DNA from: Candidatus Falkowbacteria bacterium
Lineage (GTDB): Bacteria; Patescibacteriota; Patescibacteriia; Patescibacteriales; UBA12465
Reading direction: 5' to 3'
Length of the DNA: 64,000 nucleotides
Assembly: GCA_037137655.1 (NCBI GenBank)
Contig: JBAXJX010000001.1
Coordinates: 33,188 to 97,187, forward strand
Positions within the stretch are counted from its first letter, which is position 1. Each line of letters starts with the position of its first letter. Shown piece after piece: positions 1 to 12,232 of this stretch. The notes under the pieces are model-generated. The model ran no database searches. It was not told the origin of the DNA and saw nothing but the letters and a program-made list of their open reading frames with translations. Both the position numbers and the translations under genes were made by a program.

Positions 1-1122
1 ACAGTTGTTTGGGACGGCACCAATAGTAATACTGGTTTACATATTTACCTTAATAATGTTAATCAAGATTCGATAACAACTAGGGGTGGTGTTGGAACGT
101 TTACGGGAACAGTCCAAAATTCTAATAATGCTTATATTGGCGCCACTGTTTGGGATTACGGCACACCTTACGATGTTTTAAGTGGCCATATTAGTGACTT
201 TCATATTTATAACAGGGTTTTAAGTGATAGTGAAATCTCTACTCTTTATGTGCCGACACCACAATACACCTGGTCCACAAACAACGACTATTCAATTACA
301 ATTACCCCAACCCAAAATGGTGTTTATAAATATTATGACGCGGCTTACAATGTGATCTATACTGGTTTAAATTATAATGGATCAAACGGTCCGGCTTATT
401 ATATGTCTGCTTGGAGTGGTGTAGCGGAGAGCGCTATGATTGCAATACCGACGCCGATGACTAATAATCTCTTGGCGCATTATCCGTTTACTGCCAATGC
501 TAACGATACTAGTGGTAACGGCCATGACGGGACGATAGCGGGCTCTGTGAGCTATTCTGGAAGTGGAATCAACACCGCTAACGGTGCTGTAAATATTGGT
601 AATAGTTCAGCCTTTTATTTATCGTCTGGTTTAGGTTTTACATTTTCTACCTGGGTAAATGTTAATCAGTATAATGCCAATAGCTATGTGGGAGGTTGTC
701 TTATAACAAAAGGAAATGCAATTAATGGCTCCACTCAAGGTGAGTATTCTCTATATATGGATACTTATTATGGTCTGCAAATAAGAATTGGATATTATAA
801 TTCGATTTGGGCCTCAATCCCATACACTTCAGTTCCGCTAGGGACAAAAACTCTGGTAACCGTTACTTGGGATGGTAAAAGTAGTAATACCGGGTTACAT
901 ATTTATATTAATGGAGTTATCCAAGACTCAATAACTACTCGAGGAAGCTCTAATAATTTCACCTTAATCTCTCCTGGTGGCAGCAATGTTTACATTGGCG
1001 CTAGTACTTGGGACTACGGCACACCTTACGATTACCTAAATAGCAACATCAGTGATTTTCGTATTTACAACCGAGCTTTGAATAATGTGGAGGTTCAATA
1101 TTTATATACATCCACACAATAA
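1..1122 (+). CDS. LamG/concanavalin-like lectin-fold repeat protein, 5'-truncated by the window edge
   Basis: Frame 1 is open from nt 1 and runs into tracked ORF 250..1122, whose GTG is probably internal. nt 1-249 encode ..VVWDGTNSNTGLHIYLNNVNQDSITTRGG..YIGATVWDYGTPYDVLSGHISDFHIYNRVLS. This is a paralogous copy of the C-terminal ..VTWDGKSSNTGLHIYINGVIQDSITTRGS..YIGASTWDYGTPYDYLNSNISDFRIYNRALN. The D-F-x-IYNRxL ending is typical of LamG-type jelly-roll domains. Confidence 0.7.
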   Translation, partial: TVVWDGTNSNTGLHIYLNNVNQDSITTRGGVGTFTGTVQNSNNAYIGATVWDYGTPYDVLSGHISDFHIYNRVLSDSEISTLYVPTPQYTWSTNNDYSITITPTQNGVYKYYDAAYNVIYTGLNYNGSNGPAYYMSAWSGVAESAMIAIPTPMTNNLLAHYPFTANANDTSGNGHDGTIAGSVSYSGSGINTANGAVNIGNSSAFYLSSGLGFTFSTWVNVNQYNANSYVGGCLITKGNAINGSTQGEYSLYMDTYYGLQIRIGYYNSIWASIPYTSVPLGTKTLVTVTWDGKSSNTGLHIYINGVIQDSITTRGSSNNFTLISPGGSNVYIGASTWDYGTPYDYLNSNISDFRIYNRALNNVEVQYLYTSTQ

Positions 1123-1199
1123 TTTGTGTTTACGGTGATAATGACGTTGGTATTAATTATTCCTTAAAATAACCCGTTTTTTTCACCGTTTTAAAACCC

Positions 1200-1228
1200 T
1201 TGACACTGTTAAAAAAATAATATATAAT
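1200..1228 (+). promoter_or_regulatory. Consensus sigma70-type promoter (candidate rRNA P1)
   Basis: TTGACA (1200-1205), a 17-nt spacer, then TATAAT (1223-1228). AT-rich upstream tract. About 350 nt upstream of the 23S. Confidence 0.6.
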
Positions 1229-1425
1229 TCTTCTCAGTTAAAAACAAGAAAAAAAGTATGCGAAAAACTTTCATTTTATATTCGAAAATAAGCGGCTGAT
1301 AACTCGACTATTTTGAGTTCTCCAGACCGCCTAAAGCGGTTTTTTGTTTGCCAATTCACAATTCGTTAGATGCTATTATTCCAAACATTAATTCGTTAGT
1401 GTTTGGTAACACTGATATCTAAAGA

Positions 1426-1453
1426 TTGAACCTTAATAAGTAAATACTATAAA
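1426..1453 (+). promoter_or_regulatory. Possible second rRNA promoter (P2)
   Basis: TTGAAC (1426-1431), a 16-nt spacer, then TATAAA (1448-1453), about 125 nt upstream of the 23S helix-1 stem. Confidence 0.3.
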
Positions 1454-1576
1454 ATCGTTTAAAGACAACCGAGCGATTTTATAAACCAAAAATAATTTTG
1501 AAGAGATTTTATTACGTTTTATTTTGCAATTTCTCGTAATAAAGTCAGAAGACACATTTATTAACCGCCAGCGAGC

Positions 1577-4619
<3,043 letters not shown>

Positions 4620-4715
4620 AATATTAAATTATTTTGAATTTATATTTACTTATTATCGTTTCATCATAAGCCGCTTTAATCTTTCGAGGTTATCGCGGTC
4701 GAAAAGACATCATTG

Positions 4716-4831
4716 TTCTGGTGGTTCGAGCGAAGGGGATACACCTGATCCCATCCCGAACTCAGAAGTTAAGACCTTCAGCGTCGATGATACTTGGACA
4801 ATAGTCCTGGGAAAGTAGACCACCGCCAGAA
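4716..4831 (+). rRNA. rrf: 5S ribosomal RNA
   Basis: TTCTGGTGGTT..CCCATCCCGAACTCAGAAGTTAAG..GGGAAAGTAGACCACCGCCAGAAC matches the 5S consensus. It is flanked by a processing stem, GACATCATTG / CAATGATGT. Confidence 0.93.
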
Positions 4832-4852
4832 CAATGATGTTTTTTTGTACAA

Positions 4853-4879
4853 AAATCCTCCTTTTAGGGGGATTTTTTT
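4853..4879 (+). terminator. Intrinsic terminator of the rRNA operon
   Basis: A 9-bp stem AAATCCTCC / GGGGGATTT (one G-U pair) with loop TTTTA, followed by a T-run. Confidence 0.7.
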
Positions 4880-4886
4880 ATTTGTA

Positions 4887-4915
4887 TTGACTTTTTATCA
4901 AAAGTGTGATACAAT
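4887..4915 (+). promoter_or_regulatory. Sigma70-type promoter with extended -10
   Basis: TTGACT (4887-4892), a 17-nt spacer, then TGaTACAAT (TACAAT at 4910-4915). About 50 nt upstream of the ATG at 4968. Confidence 0.55.
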
Positions 4916-4967
4916 TACTCCATTAATCAGAGTGTGATTAATCCTGATCTTCTTAGGTAGTGAAGAT

Positions 4968-5492
4968 ATGTTATTTAAAAACAAAAATTATATTGTCATG
5001 GTACAAGATATTTTACGTCCATTGGTTTTGGATGAAGTTCTGGTTATTAAAGAAATTATTGATAGCAAACTGATTATTGTCGATGCTAAAAATACTTTCA
5101 AGGCTGGTATTCACATTGGGTCTTATATTAAAAATAATTCCATTAACGAATCTAGTATTAATACTAAAGAAACATTAGTTAGGCCGTTGGAATTAATTAA
5201 GGATGCTGAAATTTATGAAATATTCGATTCTGAGAATTTAGATAAAGTTTATTTCACACAGGCACAAATAATTAGTTTCTGTGAAAATTATTCTCATCAA
5301 CTTAGCCAAGATTCATCTAACCTTTTCCTGTTCAAAGAAAAGGGCGAATATTTTGTGGCTAACGTGACTATGTTTGGTGGTGGTCGCAATCTCGAAGTCC
5401 ACGTCGTCCGTCGTCTCGACCGTGGCCACATCTATCTTGGTTTTGGTTCGCGTCGCGTTTTTGTGCCGGCAAATGCTACTTTGGAAGCTTAG
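4968..5492 (+). CDS. Hypothetical protein
   Basis: 174-aa ORF with its own promoter and terminator. No family recognised. Confidence 0.6.
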   Translation: MLFKNKNYIVMVQDILRPLVLDEVLVIKEIIDSKLIIVDAKNTFKAGIHIGSYIKNNSINESSINTKETLVRPLELIKDAEIYEIFDSENLDKVYFTQAQIISFCENYSHQLSQDSSNLFLFKEKGEYFVANVTMFGGGRNLEVHVVRRLDRGHIYLGFGSRRVFVPANATLEA

Positions 5493-5524
5493 TCTAATTG
5501 ATTCTTAGCTTCTTAAACTCTTTG

Positions 5525-5565
5525 ACCCTTTTATTTTTCTTCGGAAATTTGAAAGGGTTTTTTAT
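5525..5565 (+). terminator. Intrinsic terminator
   Basis: Stem ACCCTTT / AAAGGGT around an internal TTC..GAA mini-stem, followed by TTTTTTATTT. Confidence 0.55.
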
Positions 5566-5602
5566 TTGGTTTAAGCCATTTTTTATGGTATAATAATGAA
5601 AT

Positions 5603-8290
5603 ATGTTTGATTTTCATAGTGCCACAACTCAAGATGTTTTTGCTAAAGTGAAAAGCTCGGCTAATGGTTTGAGCACTGAAAGTGTTAAGAGACGGTTAGT
5701 ATCTCATGGTTTAAATAAATTAGCCGAAGCTAAGCGCCTGGGTACTTTTAAGGTTTTTTTAAATCAATTTAAAAACCCGCTAATTTATGTTTTAATTGCA
5801 GCTGGCTCTATCTCTCTTTTTATTGGTGAAATAGTGGATGCCCAAATTATTTTTTTAGCGATTTTTATTAATGCCATTATTGGTTTTATTCAAGAAAAAA
5901 AAGCGAATGATTCTTTAAATCAATTAAAGAAGATGATTTCTTATAAAACTTTAGTGCGGCGCGATGGACGAGATATGGAAGTTGATAGCGCCATGTTGGT
6001 GGTGGGTGATCTTATTATTTTGCATGGTGGTATGCAAATTCCAGCTGATGCCCGTATTGTTAAAGCGATTGATTTACAGGTTAACGAAGCAAGTTTAACG
6101 GGCGAGTCAAACCCAATTTTTAAAAGCGATAAAGCAGTTGCTCCAGGAACAGTTTTAGCAGAGCGCAAAAGCATGATCTATGCTGGCACTTTGGTTATTG
6201 GTGGTGTGGGTGAGGCGGTTTTGGTGAGTAAGGGTAAACACACAGAACTAGGAAAAATTGCTGAAATGGTTAAAGAAACAGAAGAAGTACAAACACCTTT
6301 GCAAAATAAATTAATGGATTTGTCTAAGATTTTTGCCATTATTGCATTGATTGTTGGTTTTTTTATTGTAATTTTCGGTGTTATTCAGGGGCGTGCCTTT
6401 TTTGAAATCTTTTTAACAGCGGTAGCTGTGGCTGTGGCGGCAATTCCGGAAGGCTTAGTGATTGCTGTGACGGTAATTTTGGTTTTGGGGATGAAACGAA
6501 TTTTAGCGCAAAAGGCTTTAGTGCGAAAATTAGTAGCAGCCGAGACTCTTGGATCTACAACGGTTATTTGCTCGGATAAAACTGGAACGCTAACTGAAGG
6601 GAGGGTGGTTTTAAATCACATTGTTATTGGTGATAAAGATTATATTATAAGTGATTATAATTCTAGTTCTAATTTAAAAGAGTTGCGTGATTTTTTGTTG
6701 GCTCTCCAAATTGGTGTTTTAAATAATGATGCGATCGTGGAACCGGCGGCGAATGATTTAGAATTAGAAAAAATTATCGGTTTGCCGGTTGAGATTGCTT
6801 TACTCGCGGCTGGTCGTCAAATCGGATTAGATCAAGCTGTATTGGAAAAACGTGAACCGCGCGTGGCTGAGTTGCCGTTTAATAGTGCTAATAAGTTCAT
6901 GTTAACTTTACATAAAAATGGTTCTAGCTATGTTTTATATGCTAAAGGTGCGCCAGAAAAACTCATTACTAGCGCCACGCAATATTTGGAGAATGGCGAG
7001 ATAAAAAAAATTGATGCCGCTCAAAGAAAAAAACTCATTGGGAAAGCCGAAGAACTAACTAGTCGTGGTTTGCGCGTTTTGGCAATTGCTCGGCGTGAAG
7101 TTGATTCTTTGCCATGGAGTTTGGAAGCAGAACCAAAGGATTGGGATTTGCTAAATAATAATTTAGTTTTTATTGGCTTCTTGGCGCTGAAGGATCCGTT
7201 ACGCGTTGATGCGCGGGAAACAATTGCTTTGTGTTGTCGCGCTGGGATTAGACCAATAATTATTACTGGTGATCATCCGCTAACTGCGGCGGCGATTGCT
7301 GATGAAGTTGGTTTATTAAAAAAAGATAATGAGGTTGTAACCGGGGATATTTTAAATGAGATTGATGATGATAAATTAAGAGAATTAGTTAAAAAATGTA
7401 GTATCTATGCTCGTGTTAGTCCGGAGCATAAACTTCGGATTGTTAATGCGCTAAGAGCCAACGGTGATGTTGTAGCGATGACTGGTGATGGTATTAATGA
7501 TTCGCCGGCGCTCAAAGCGGCAGACATTGGAATTTGTTTGGGCAGTGGCACGGACATTGCCAAGCAAACCGCTGACATAATTTTGTTGGATGATAATTTT
7601 AGCGTGATTGTTGCCGCTATAAAGGAAGGGCGCGTAATTTTTCAAAACATTAGAAAGTCAGTAACTTATTTAGTGTCTGATTCGTTGTCGGAAATAATTT
7701 TAATTACTGGTTCAATTATTTTTGGAGTACCTTTGGCGCTGTTGCCGGCTCAAATTTTGTGGGTCAATATTGTAAATGACGGTTTCCCAAATTTTTCCAT
7801 GGCCTTTGAAGGTGGTGATGCTGACGTGCTTGATAAAAAACCAATTCCGCGCAATATAGGAATAATTAATAAAGAATCTAGAGCAATTATAATTTATCTA
7901 AGTTTATTCCGTGACTCTTTATTACTTTTATTGTTTGTTTATTTATATAAACATCTAGATTATTTTAATATTAATATTACTTATTTACGTACCTTATTTT
8001 TTGCACTTTTAGGTTTCAAATCAATCACTTCTATTTTTAGTTTAAGGAGCTTTACTTTACCAATATATAAAATAAAATTATTTTCCAACTGGTATTTACT
8101 TGGCGCTTTTTTAGTAAGTTTAAGTTTGTTGCTAGCGGCTATTTACTTGCCACCACTACAAAAATTGATCGGCACGGTAAGTTTAGGACTTGATGCTTGG
8201 GGCTTGGTATTTTTGCTTTCTTTTGTTAATATAGTTATGCTTGAAGTCATTAAATTCTATTACTATCAAAAAAAACATGTCCAGAGATAA
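5603..8290 (+). CDS. Cation-transporting P-type ATPase (P2-type, Ca2+/Mg2+-like)
   Basis: 895 aa. Phosphorylation motif CSDKTGTLTEG, TGES (LTGESNP), the hinge TGDGINDSPALKAADIG, and N-terminal Cation_ATPase_N-like GLSTESVKRRL. About 10 predicted TM helices. Confidence 0.92.
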   Translation: MFDFHSATTQDVFAKVKSSANGLSTESVKRRLVSHGLNKLAEAKRLGTFKVFLNQFKNPLIYVLIAAGSISLFIGEIVDAQIIFLAIFINAIIGFIQEKKANDSLNQLKKMISYKTLVRRDGRDMEVDSAMLVVGDLIILHGGMQIPADARIVKAIDLQVNEASLTGESNPIFKSDKAVAPGTVLAERKSMIYAGTLVIGGVGEAVLVSKGKHTELGKIAEMVKETEEVQTPLQNKLMDLSKIFAIIALIVGFFIVIFGVIQGRAFFEIFLTAVAVAVAAIPEGLVIAVTVILVLGMKRILAQKALVRKLVAAETLGSTTVICSDKTGTLTEGRVVLNHIVIGDKDYIISDYNSSSNLKELRDFLLALQIGVLNNDAIVEPAANDLELEKIIGLPVEIALLAAGRQIGLDQAVLEKREPRVAELPFNSANKFMLTLHKNGSSYVLYAKGAPEKLITSATQYLENGEIKKIDAAQRKKLIGKAEELTSRGLRVLAIARREVDSLPWSLEAEPKDWDLLNNNLVFIGFLALKDPLRVDARETIALCCRAGIRPIIITGDHPLTAAAIADEVGLLKKDNEVVTGDILNEIDDDKLRELVKKCSIYARVSPEHKLRIVNALRANGDVVAMTGDGINDSPALKAADIGICLGSGTDIAKQTADIILLDDNFSVIVAAIKEGRVIFQNIRKSVTYLVSDSLSEIILITGSIIFGVPLALLPAQILWVNIVNDGFPNFSMAFEGGDADVLDKKPIPRNIGIINKESRAIIIYLSLFRDSLLLLLFVYLYKHLDYFNINITYLRTLFFALLGFKSITSIFSLRSFTLPIYKIKLFSNWYLLGAFLVSLSLLLAAIYLPPLQKLIGTVSLGLDAWGLVFLLSFVNIVMLEVIKFYYYQKKHVQR

Positions 8291-8726
8291 ATACAAAATA
8301 AATCCAGCGCATAAAGTCCAATACGTGCAAAAAGGCCGTTTGGGTGGTAATAGTTTTGGGCAAAGAATGATGACTAGCCAATGGCCAGTTACAATTTTAG
8401 CTTTAGTTGTTTTAGTTTTTGTTAGTATGCCAACAGTTAAAAATTATTTAAAGCAAAAGGAACTTGACCGTGAAATTGCTGATGTTTCAGCCGAGGCGAC
8501 CAAATATGAAGATCGAAACAAGGATGTTAAAAATATGTTACATTATTTAGAGTCGGATCAATCCGTGGAGGATCGTGGCCGCTTAAATTTAGGTTTAAAA
8601 AAACAAGGTGAAAATGTTATTGTGATTAGCCGGACCAATAAAGTTGAGGGCGCTGGTCAAGCTGGTGGAGCAGCCATGGACGATCAATCTAATCCTCAAA
8701 AGTGGTGGCGCTATTTTTTTGACTAA
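8277..8726 (+). CDS. Septum formation initiator (FtsB/DivIC family)
   Basis: The tracked ORF starts at 8241, but ATG 8277 (MSRDKY..) is the more plausible start and overlaps the ATPase stop by 14 nt. It has a single TM helix, then a coiled coil, then ..SDQSVEDRGRLNLGLKKQGENVIVI, which is typical of the FtsB/DivIC C-terminus. Confidence 0.65.
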   Translation: MSRDKYKINPAHKVQYVQKGRLGGNSFGQRMMTSQWPVTILALVVLVFVSMPTVKNYLKQKELDREIADVSAEATKYEDRNKDVKNMLHYLESDQSVEDRGRLNLGLKKQGENVIVISRTNKVEGAGQAGGAAMDDQSNPQKWWRYFFD

Positions 8727-8733
8727 GGAGCTT

Positions 8734-8806
8734 GCCTCTTTAGCTTAGTGGTAAAGCAACGGTATCGTAAACCGTAGACGCCAGTTCGATTCTGGCCAGG
8801 GGCTCA
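8734..8806 (+). tRNA. tRNA-Thr (anticodon CGU)
   Basis: Cloverleaf read by hand. Acceptor GCCTCTT / CAGGGGC, with a 7:66 T-C mismatch and a 4:69 G-U pair. D arm GCTT-AGTGGTA-AAGC. Anticodon arm ACGGT-ATCGTAA-ACCGT. T arm GCCAG-TTCGATT-CTGGC. No CCA is encoded. Confidence 0.85.
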
Positions 8807-8832
8807 TTTTTAAAAAAACAATTATTACAAAC

Positions 8833-10494
8833 ATGCTAAAAAAAACTCGATTCAAAATATTTCTAATTCTTTCTTTATTTTTATTAATTAGCTTTAAGGT
8901 GCTGGCGGCTACAGAAAGTAATCCGTCTTCTTTACTTGATTTAAAGCAGACATTTTTCTTATATGATTTAGGTGTTGGGCAGAAAGTTAGCACCTCTTCT
9001 GATGCTTTGGGAATAATTACTTTTTCTAATTCATTTGTCAGTAGTACGGCTAGCACTTCTTCAGATATTATAGCCAGCTCTAGTGATGTTATTTTGCCTG
9101 ACACTAATAGTTTAGTTGATTTTTCTTTTAAACAAATTAATGAACAATGGCCAACGCCTTGGAATTTAGTTAAGATTAGTAATTTTTATCAATTCGAAAT
9201 TTCCTCCCAACCGCTAAATGATATTGAAGTTCATATTTCCTATGACAAGACCTTGGCGGGCAATAAGTATAAACAAATTTTTTACTATGATAATGTGGCT
9301 GGCGTTTGGTATCCTTTAAAAACGCAAGATAATGTTGTCGGACAATATGTGAGCGCCAAAACCAAATTTAAATTTGCGCGTTTGGCAGTTTTCTCTTATC
9401 CAGAGGTAATTGTTTCTGGTCAGGCTAGTTGGTATAAATATAAAGGTGGTGATTTTGCCGCTTCACCCGACTTTGCCAAAGGTTCAATTTTACGAGTTTA
9501 TAACACGGCCAATAATAAGTTTGTGGATGTGACAATTAATGATTACGGTCCAGATCGTTCAAAGTTACCAAAACGCGTAGTAGATTTGGATAAAAAAGCT
9601 TTTGCTAAAATTGCTTCTACCGGCGCGGGTATAATTAATGTCCGGGTGGAGGTTTTAAAAATGGTGGCTGATGCTAATGGTGAAATTTTGGGTGTACCAG
9701 CTAAGGGTGTTGGGGCAGCGCCTGATCTTGGAGCTAAAGCTGCTTTATTGATATCGGAAAATAATGGCACTGTGCTTTTTGCTAAAAACGCTTCAACCTC
9801 TATGCCAATTGCTAGTTTAACAAAAGTGCTAGCAGTCAAAACATTTTTAGATATCGCTGATAATAAAAATCGTTTAAATGAAAAAGTTGTTTATAGTTCT
9901 AAAGATGAGGCGCAAAATTATAAATATTGTCGGCCGGGTGAAGCAGAAAAATTAAAAATTAAAAATGGTGATAAAATTACCATTAAAGATTTAATTTATT
10001 CATCACTTGTAGCCTCGACTAATAATACGGTTGAGACTTTAGTTCGGGTTAGCGGTTTGAGTCGCGCTGATTTTATTGCCAAGATGAATAGTAATGCGAA
10101 GGCCTGGGGTGCGACTAAGGCCAAATTTATTGAGCCGACTGGACTAGCCCCAGAAAATAAATGTTCAAGTAATGACTATGCGGCAATTATGAAAAAGGCT
10201 GCCAGTGACGCAACCGTAGTGCGCGCCTCAGCCACTATTAAATATACTATACCAAATATTAATGGTAAAAAAACACAGGTGATTTATCATTCTCCAAGCT
10301 TATTAGATTATTATCGTTATCAAATCTCTCTTTCTAAAACCGGGTATTTAAATGAGGCGGGCTATTGTTTGGCGACACGCGTTAAATCTGGTAATGATAA
10401 TTTATTGGCAGTGACGTTTGGTAATAAAACTCGGGCCGCTAGCATCAAAGACTCAAGTGAATTAATAAATTTTGGTCTAGCGAACATTAATTAA
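8833..10494 (+). CDS. Secreted fusion protein: RlpA-like double-psi beta-barrel domain plus D-alanyl-D-alanine carboxypeptidase (peptidase S11)
   Basis: Signal peptide MLKKTRFKIFLILSLFLLISFKVLA. GQASWYKYKGGDFAASPDFAKGSILRVYN..VDVTINDYGPD resembles the RlpA/DPBB fold. The C-terminal half carries the SxxK motif (ASLTK), SxN (STNN) and KTG (SKTGYLN), as in PBP5-type carboxypeptidases. Confidence 0.75.
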   Translation: MLKKTRFKIFLILSLFLLISFKVLAATESNPSSLLDLKQTFFLYDLGVGQKVSTSSDALGIITFSNSFVSSTASTSSDIIASSSDVILPDTNSLVDFSFKQINEQWPTPWNLVKISNFYQFEISSQPLNDIEVHISYDKTLAGNKYKQIFYYDNVAGVWYPLKTQDNVVGQYVSAKTKFKFARLAVFSYPEVIVSGQASWYKYKGGDFAASPDFAKGSILRVYNTANNKFVDVTINDYGPDRSKLPKRVVDLDKKAFAKIASTGAGIINVRVEVLKMVADANGEILGVPAKGVGAAPDLGAKAALLISENNGTVLFAKNASTSMPIASLTKVLAVKTFLDIADNKNRLNEKVVYSSKDEAQNYKYCRPGEAEKLKIKNGDKITIKDLIYSSLVASTNNTVETLVRVSGLSRADFIAKMNSNAKAWGATKAKFIEPTGLAPENKCSSNDYAAIMKKAASDATVVRASATIKYTIPNINGKKTQVIYHSPSLLDYYRYQISLSKTGYLNEAGYCLATRVKSGNDNLLAVTFGNKTRAASIKDSSELINFGLANIN

Positions 10495-10514
10495 TTTTGT
10501 TATAATATTTTTAT

Positions 10515-11195
10515 ATGATTAAATTAGTAAATGTTGAAAAAACTTACAGCCGCAATATAAAAGTTTTGCATAATATTAATATTTTTATTCGTCCGGGCGA
10601 ATTTGTTTCTTTGGTTGGTCAATCCGGTACCGGTAAAACAACTTTGGTAAAAACTTTAATTGGGGAGGAAAAAGTTACTAGTGGCCAAGTGATTATTGGT
10701 GATTGGGATATTACTAAAATTTCTAAACGCCAAGTACCATACTTACGTCGTCAGATTGGTGTTATTTTTCAAGACTTTAAATTACTACCTAAAAAAACAT
10801 TGCGAGAGAATGTCGCTTTTGCCTTAGAAGTTTGCGGGCAGAATCAGAAAAAAATTGATAAGATTGTCACAACAGTGATGCGCATTGTTGGCCTTGAAGA
10901 TAAGGCTGATCGTTATCCGACAGAAGTCTCTGGTGGTGAACAACAACGCACGGCAATTGCTCGCGCGCTAGTGCATCAACCAAAAATTCTATTAGCGGAT
11001 GAACCGACTGGTAATTTAGATTCGATTAATGCGAATGAAATTATTGATTTGCTTTTGCGTATTAATAATTTTGGCACTACTGTAGTTTTGGTGACACATA
11101 ATCGGGAAGTGGTGAATAATTTAAAAAAGCGCGTGATCACGATTGATAATGGCGCGATCGTTAACGACCAAGAGAATGGCCGCTATTTCCTTTAA
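10515..11195 (+). CDS. ftsE: Cell-division ATP-binding protein FtsE
   Basis: Walker A GQSGTGKTT, ABC signature VSGGEQQR, Walker B ILLADEPTGNLD. 226 aa, immediately upstream of the FtsX-like permease. Confidence 0.9.
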   Translation: MIKLVNVEKTYSRNIKVLHNINIFIRPGEFVSLVGQSGTGKTTLVKTLIGEEKVTSGQVIIGDWDITKISKRQVPYLRRQIGVIFQDFKLLPKKTLRENVAFALEVCGQNQKKIDKIVTTVMRIVGLEDKADRYPTEVSGGEQQRTAIARALVHQPKILLADEPTGNLDSINANEIIDLLLRINNFGTTVVLVTHNREVVNNLKKRVITIDNGAIVNDQENGRYFL

Positions 11196-11206
11196 TCCCT
11201 GAATAT

Positions 11207-12118
11207 ATGTTTTTATCGATGATTAGAATTATAAAATTTAGTTTACAAGATATTACCCGTAATATTTGGTTGTCGATTGTGACAATCACTATTTTAGCCT
11301 TAGCTTTATTGTCGGTAAATATGTTATTGACTGTACAAGCAGTTAGTCAGGGCGCGGTGAAGGCGATTAAGGAAAAAGCCAATATTAGTTTATACATTAA
11401 AGCGGACGCTAGTGAGGAAAATATTTTGAGTCTTAAAAAACAAATTTCCAGCATGGCGCTAGTAAAGAGTGTGCAATACACATCTAAACAAGATGCTTTA
11501 AATTATTTCCGTGATCATAACAAAAATAATCCCCAAGTGTTAAATGCGTTAAAAGAGTTGGGTTGGAATCCGTTATCACCGAGCTTAATTATTAGTCCTG
11601 GTGATGTTGATAAATCAGAAGATTTGATTAATGATATTAAAAAAATTGACAGTGACATTATTGAGTCACGTGATTTTTCTAATAACAGCGCTTTACTCTC
11701 TAAAATTAATAGTATTACAAGTAAGATTAACGACGCGGCTATGGTGTTGATTGCGATTTTTGTGCTAACCAGTATGCTAGTGGCTTATAATTCAATCAAG
11801 GTGGCAATCTATATTCATCGCCGCGAGATCGAAATTATGCGTCTAGTGGGATCACCAAATAGTTTTATTTATATGCCGTTTATGATTTCGGCGGTGATTT
11901 ATGCCTTATGTGCAACGATGTTGATTATCGCTTTATTCTATCCATTCTTAAGTTTATTACAGCCGTACCTAGAAGTGTTTTTTACGGGCTATAATATTAA
12001 TATTGTTAGCTACTTTGTAGAAAATTTCTGGCCAGTTTTTGGAGTGCAGTTTTTGGGAGTGGCCGCTATCAGTATTTTATCGAGTTGGTTGGCGATTCGT
12101 CGCTACGCTCGAGTTTAA
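11207..12118 (+). CDS. ftsX: Cell-division permease-like protein FtsX
   Basis: 303 aa. One N-terminal TM helix, a large extracytoplasmic loop and three C-terminal TM helices. Contains ..REIEIMRLVG.., a conserved FtsX motif. Adjacent to ftsE. Confidence 0.85.
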   Translation: MFLSMIRIIKFSLQDITRNIWLSIVTITILALALLSVNMLLTVQAVSQGAVKAIKEKANISLYIKADASEENILSLKKQISSMALVKSVQYTSKQDALNYFRDHNKNNPQVLNALKELGWNPLSPSLIISPGDVDKSEDLINDIKKIDSDIIESRDFSNNSALLSKINSITSKINDAAMVLIAIFVLTSMLVAYNSIKVAIYIHRREIEIMRLVGSPNSFIYMPFMISAVIYALCATMLIIALFYPFLSLLQPYLEVFFTGYNINIVSYFVENFWPVFGVQFLGVAAISILSSWLAIRRYARV

Positions 12119-12144
12119 ATTTCATAAATATGACCAATTATAGA

Positions 12145-12176
12145 AAACGGATATAAAAACTTATCCGTTTTTGTTT
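12145..12176 (+). terminator. Intrinsic terminator after ftsX
   Basis: AAACGGATA / TATCCGTTT stem followed by a T-run. Confidence 0.65.
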
Positions 12177-12232
12177 TTAATTGTTACTTTTTTTAGTTTT
12201 CAACGTTATATATAATAGATAGCTAAAACAAT

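Noticed and set aside
8745-9104. Minus-strand ORF of 119 aa.
   Set aside because: It overlaps tRNA-Thr and is antisense to the well-supported 8833..10494 CDS. The protein is low-complexity.
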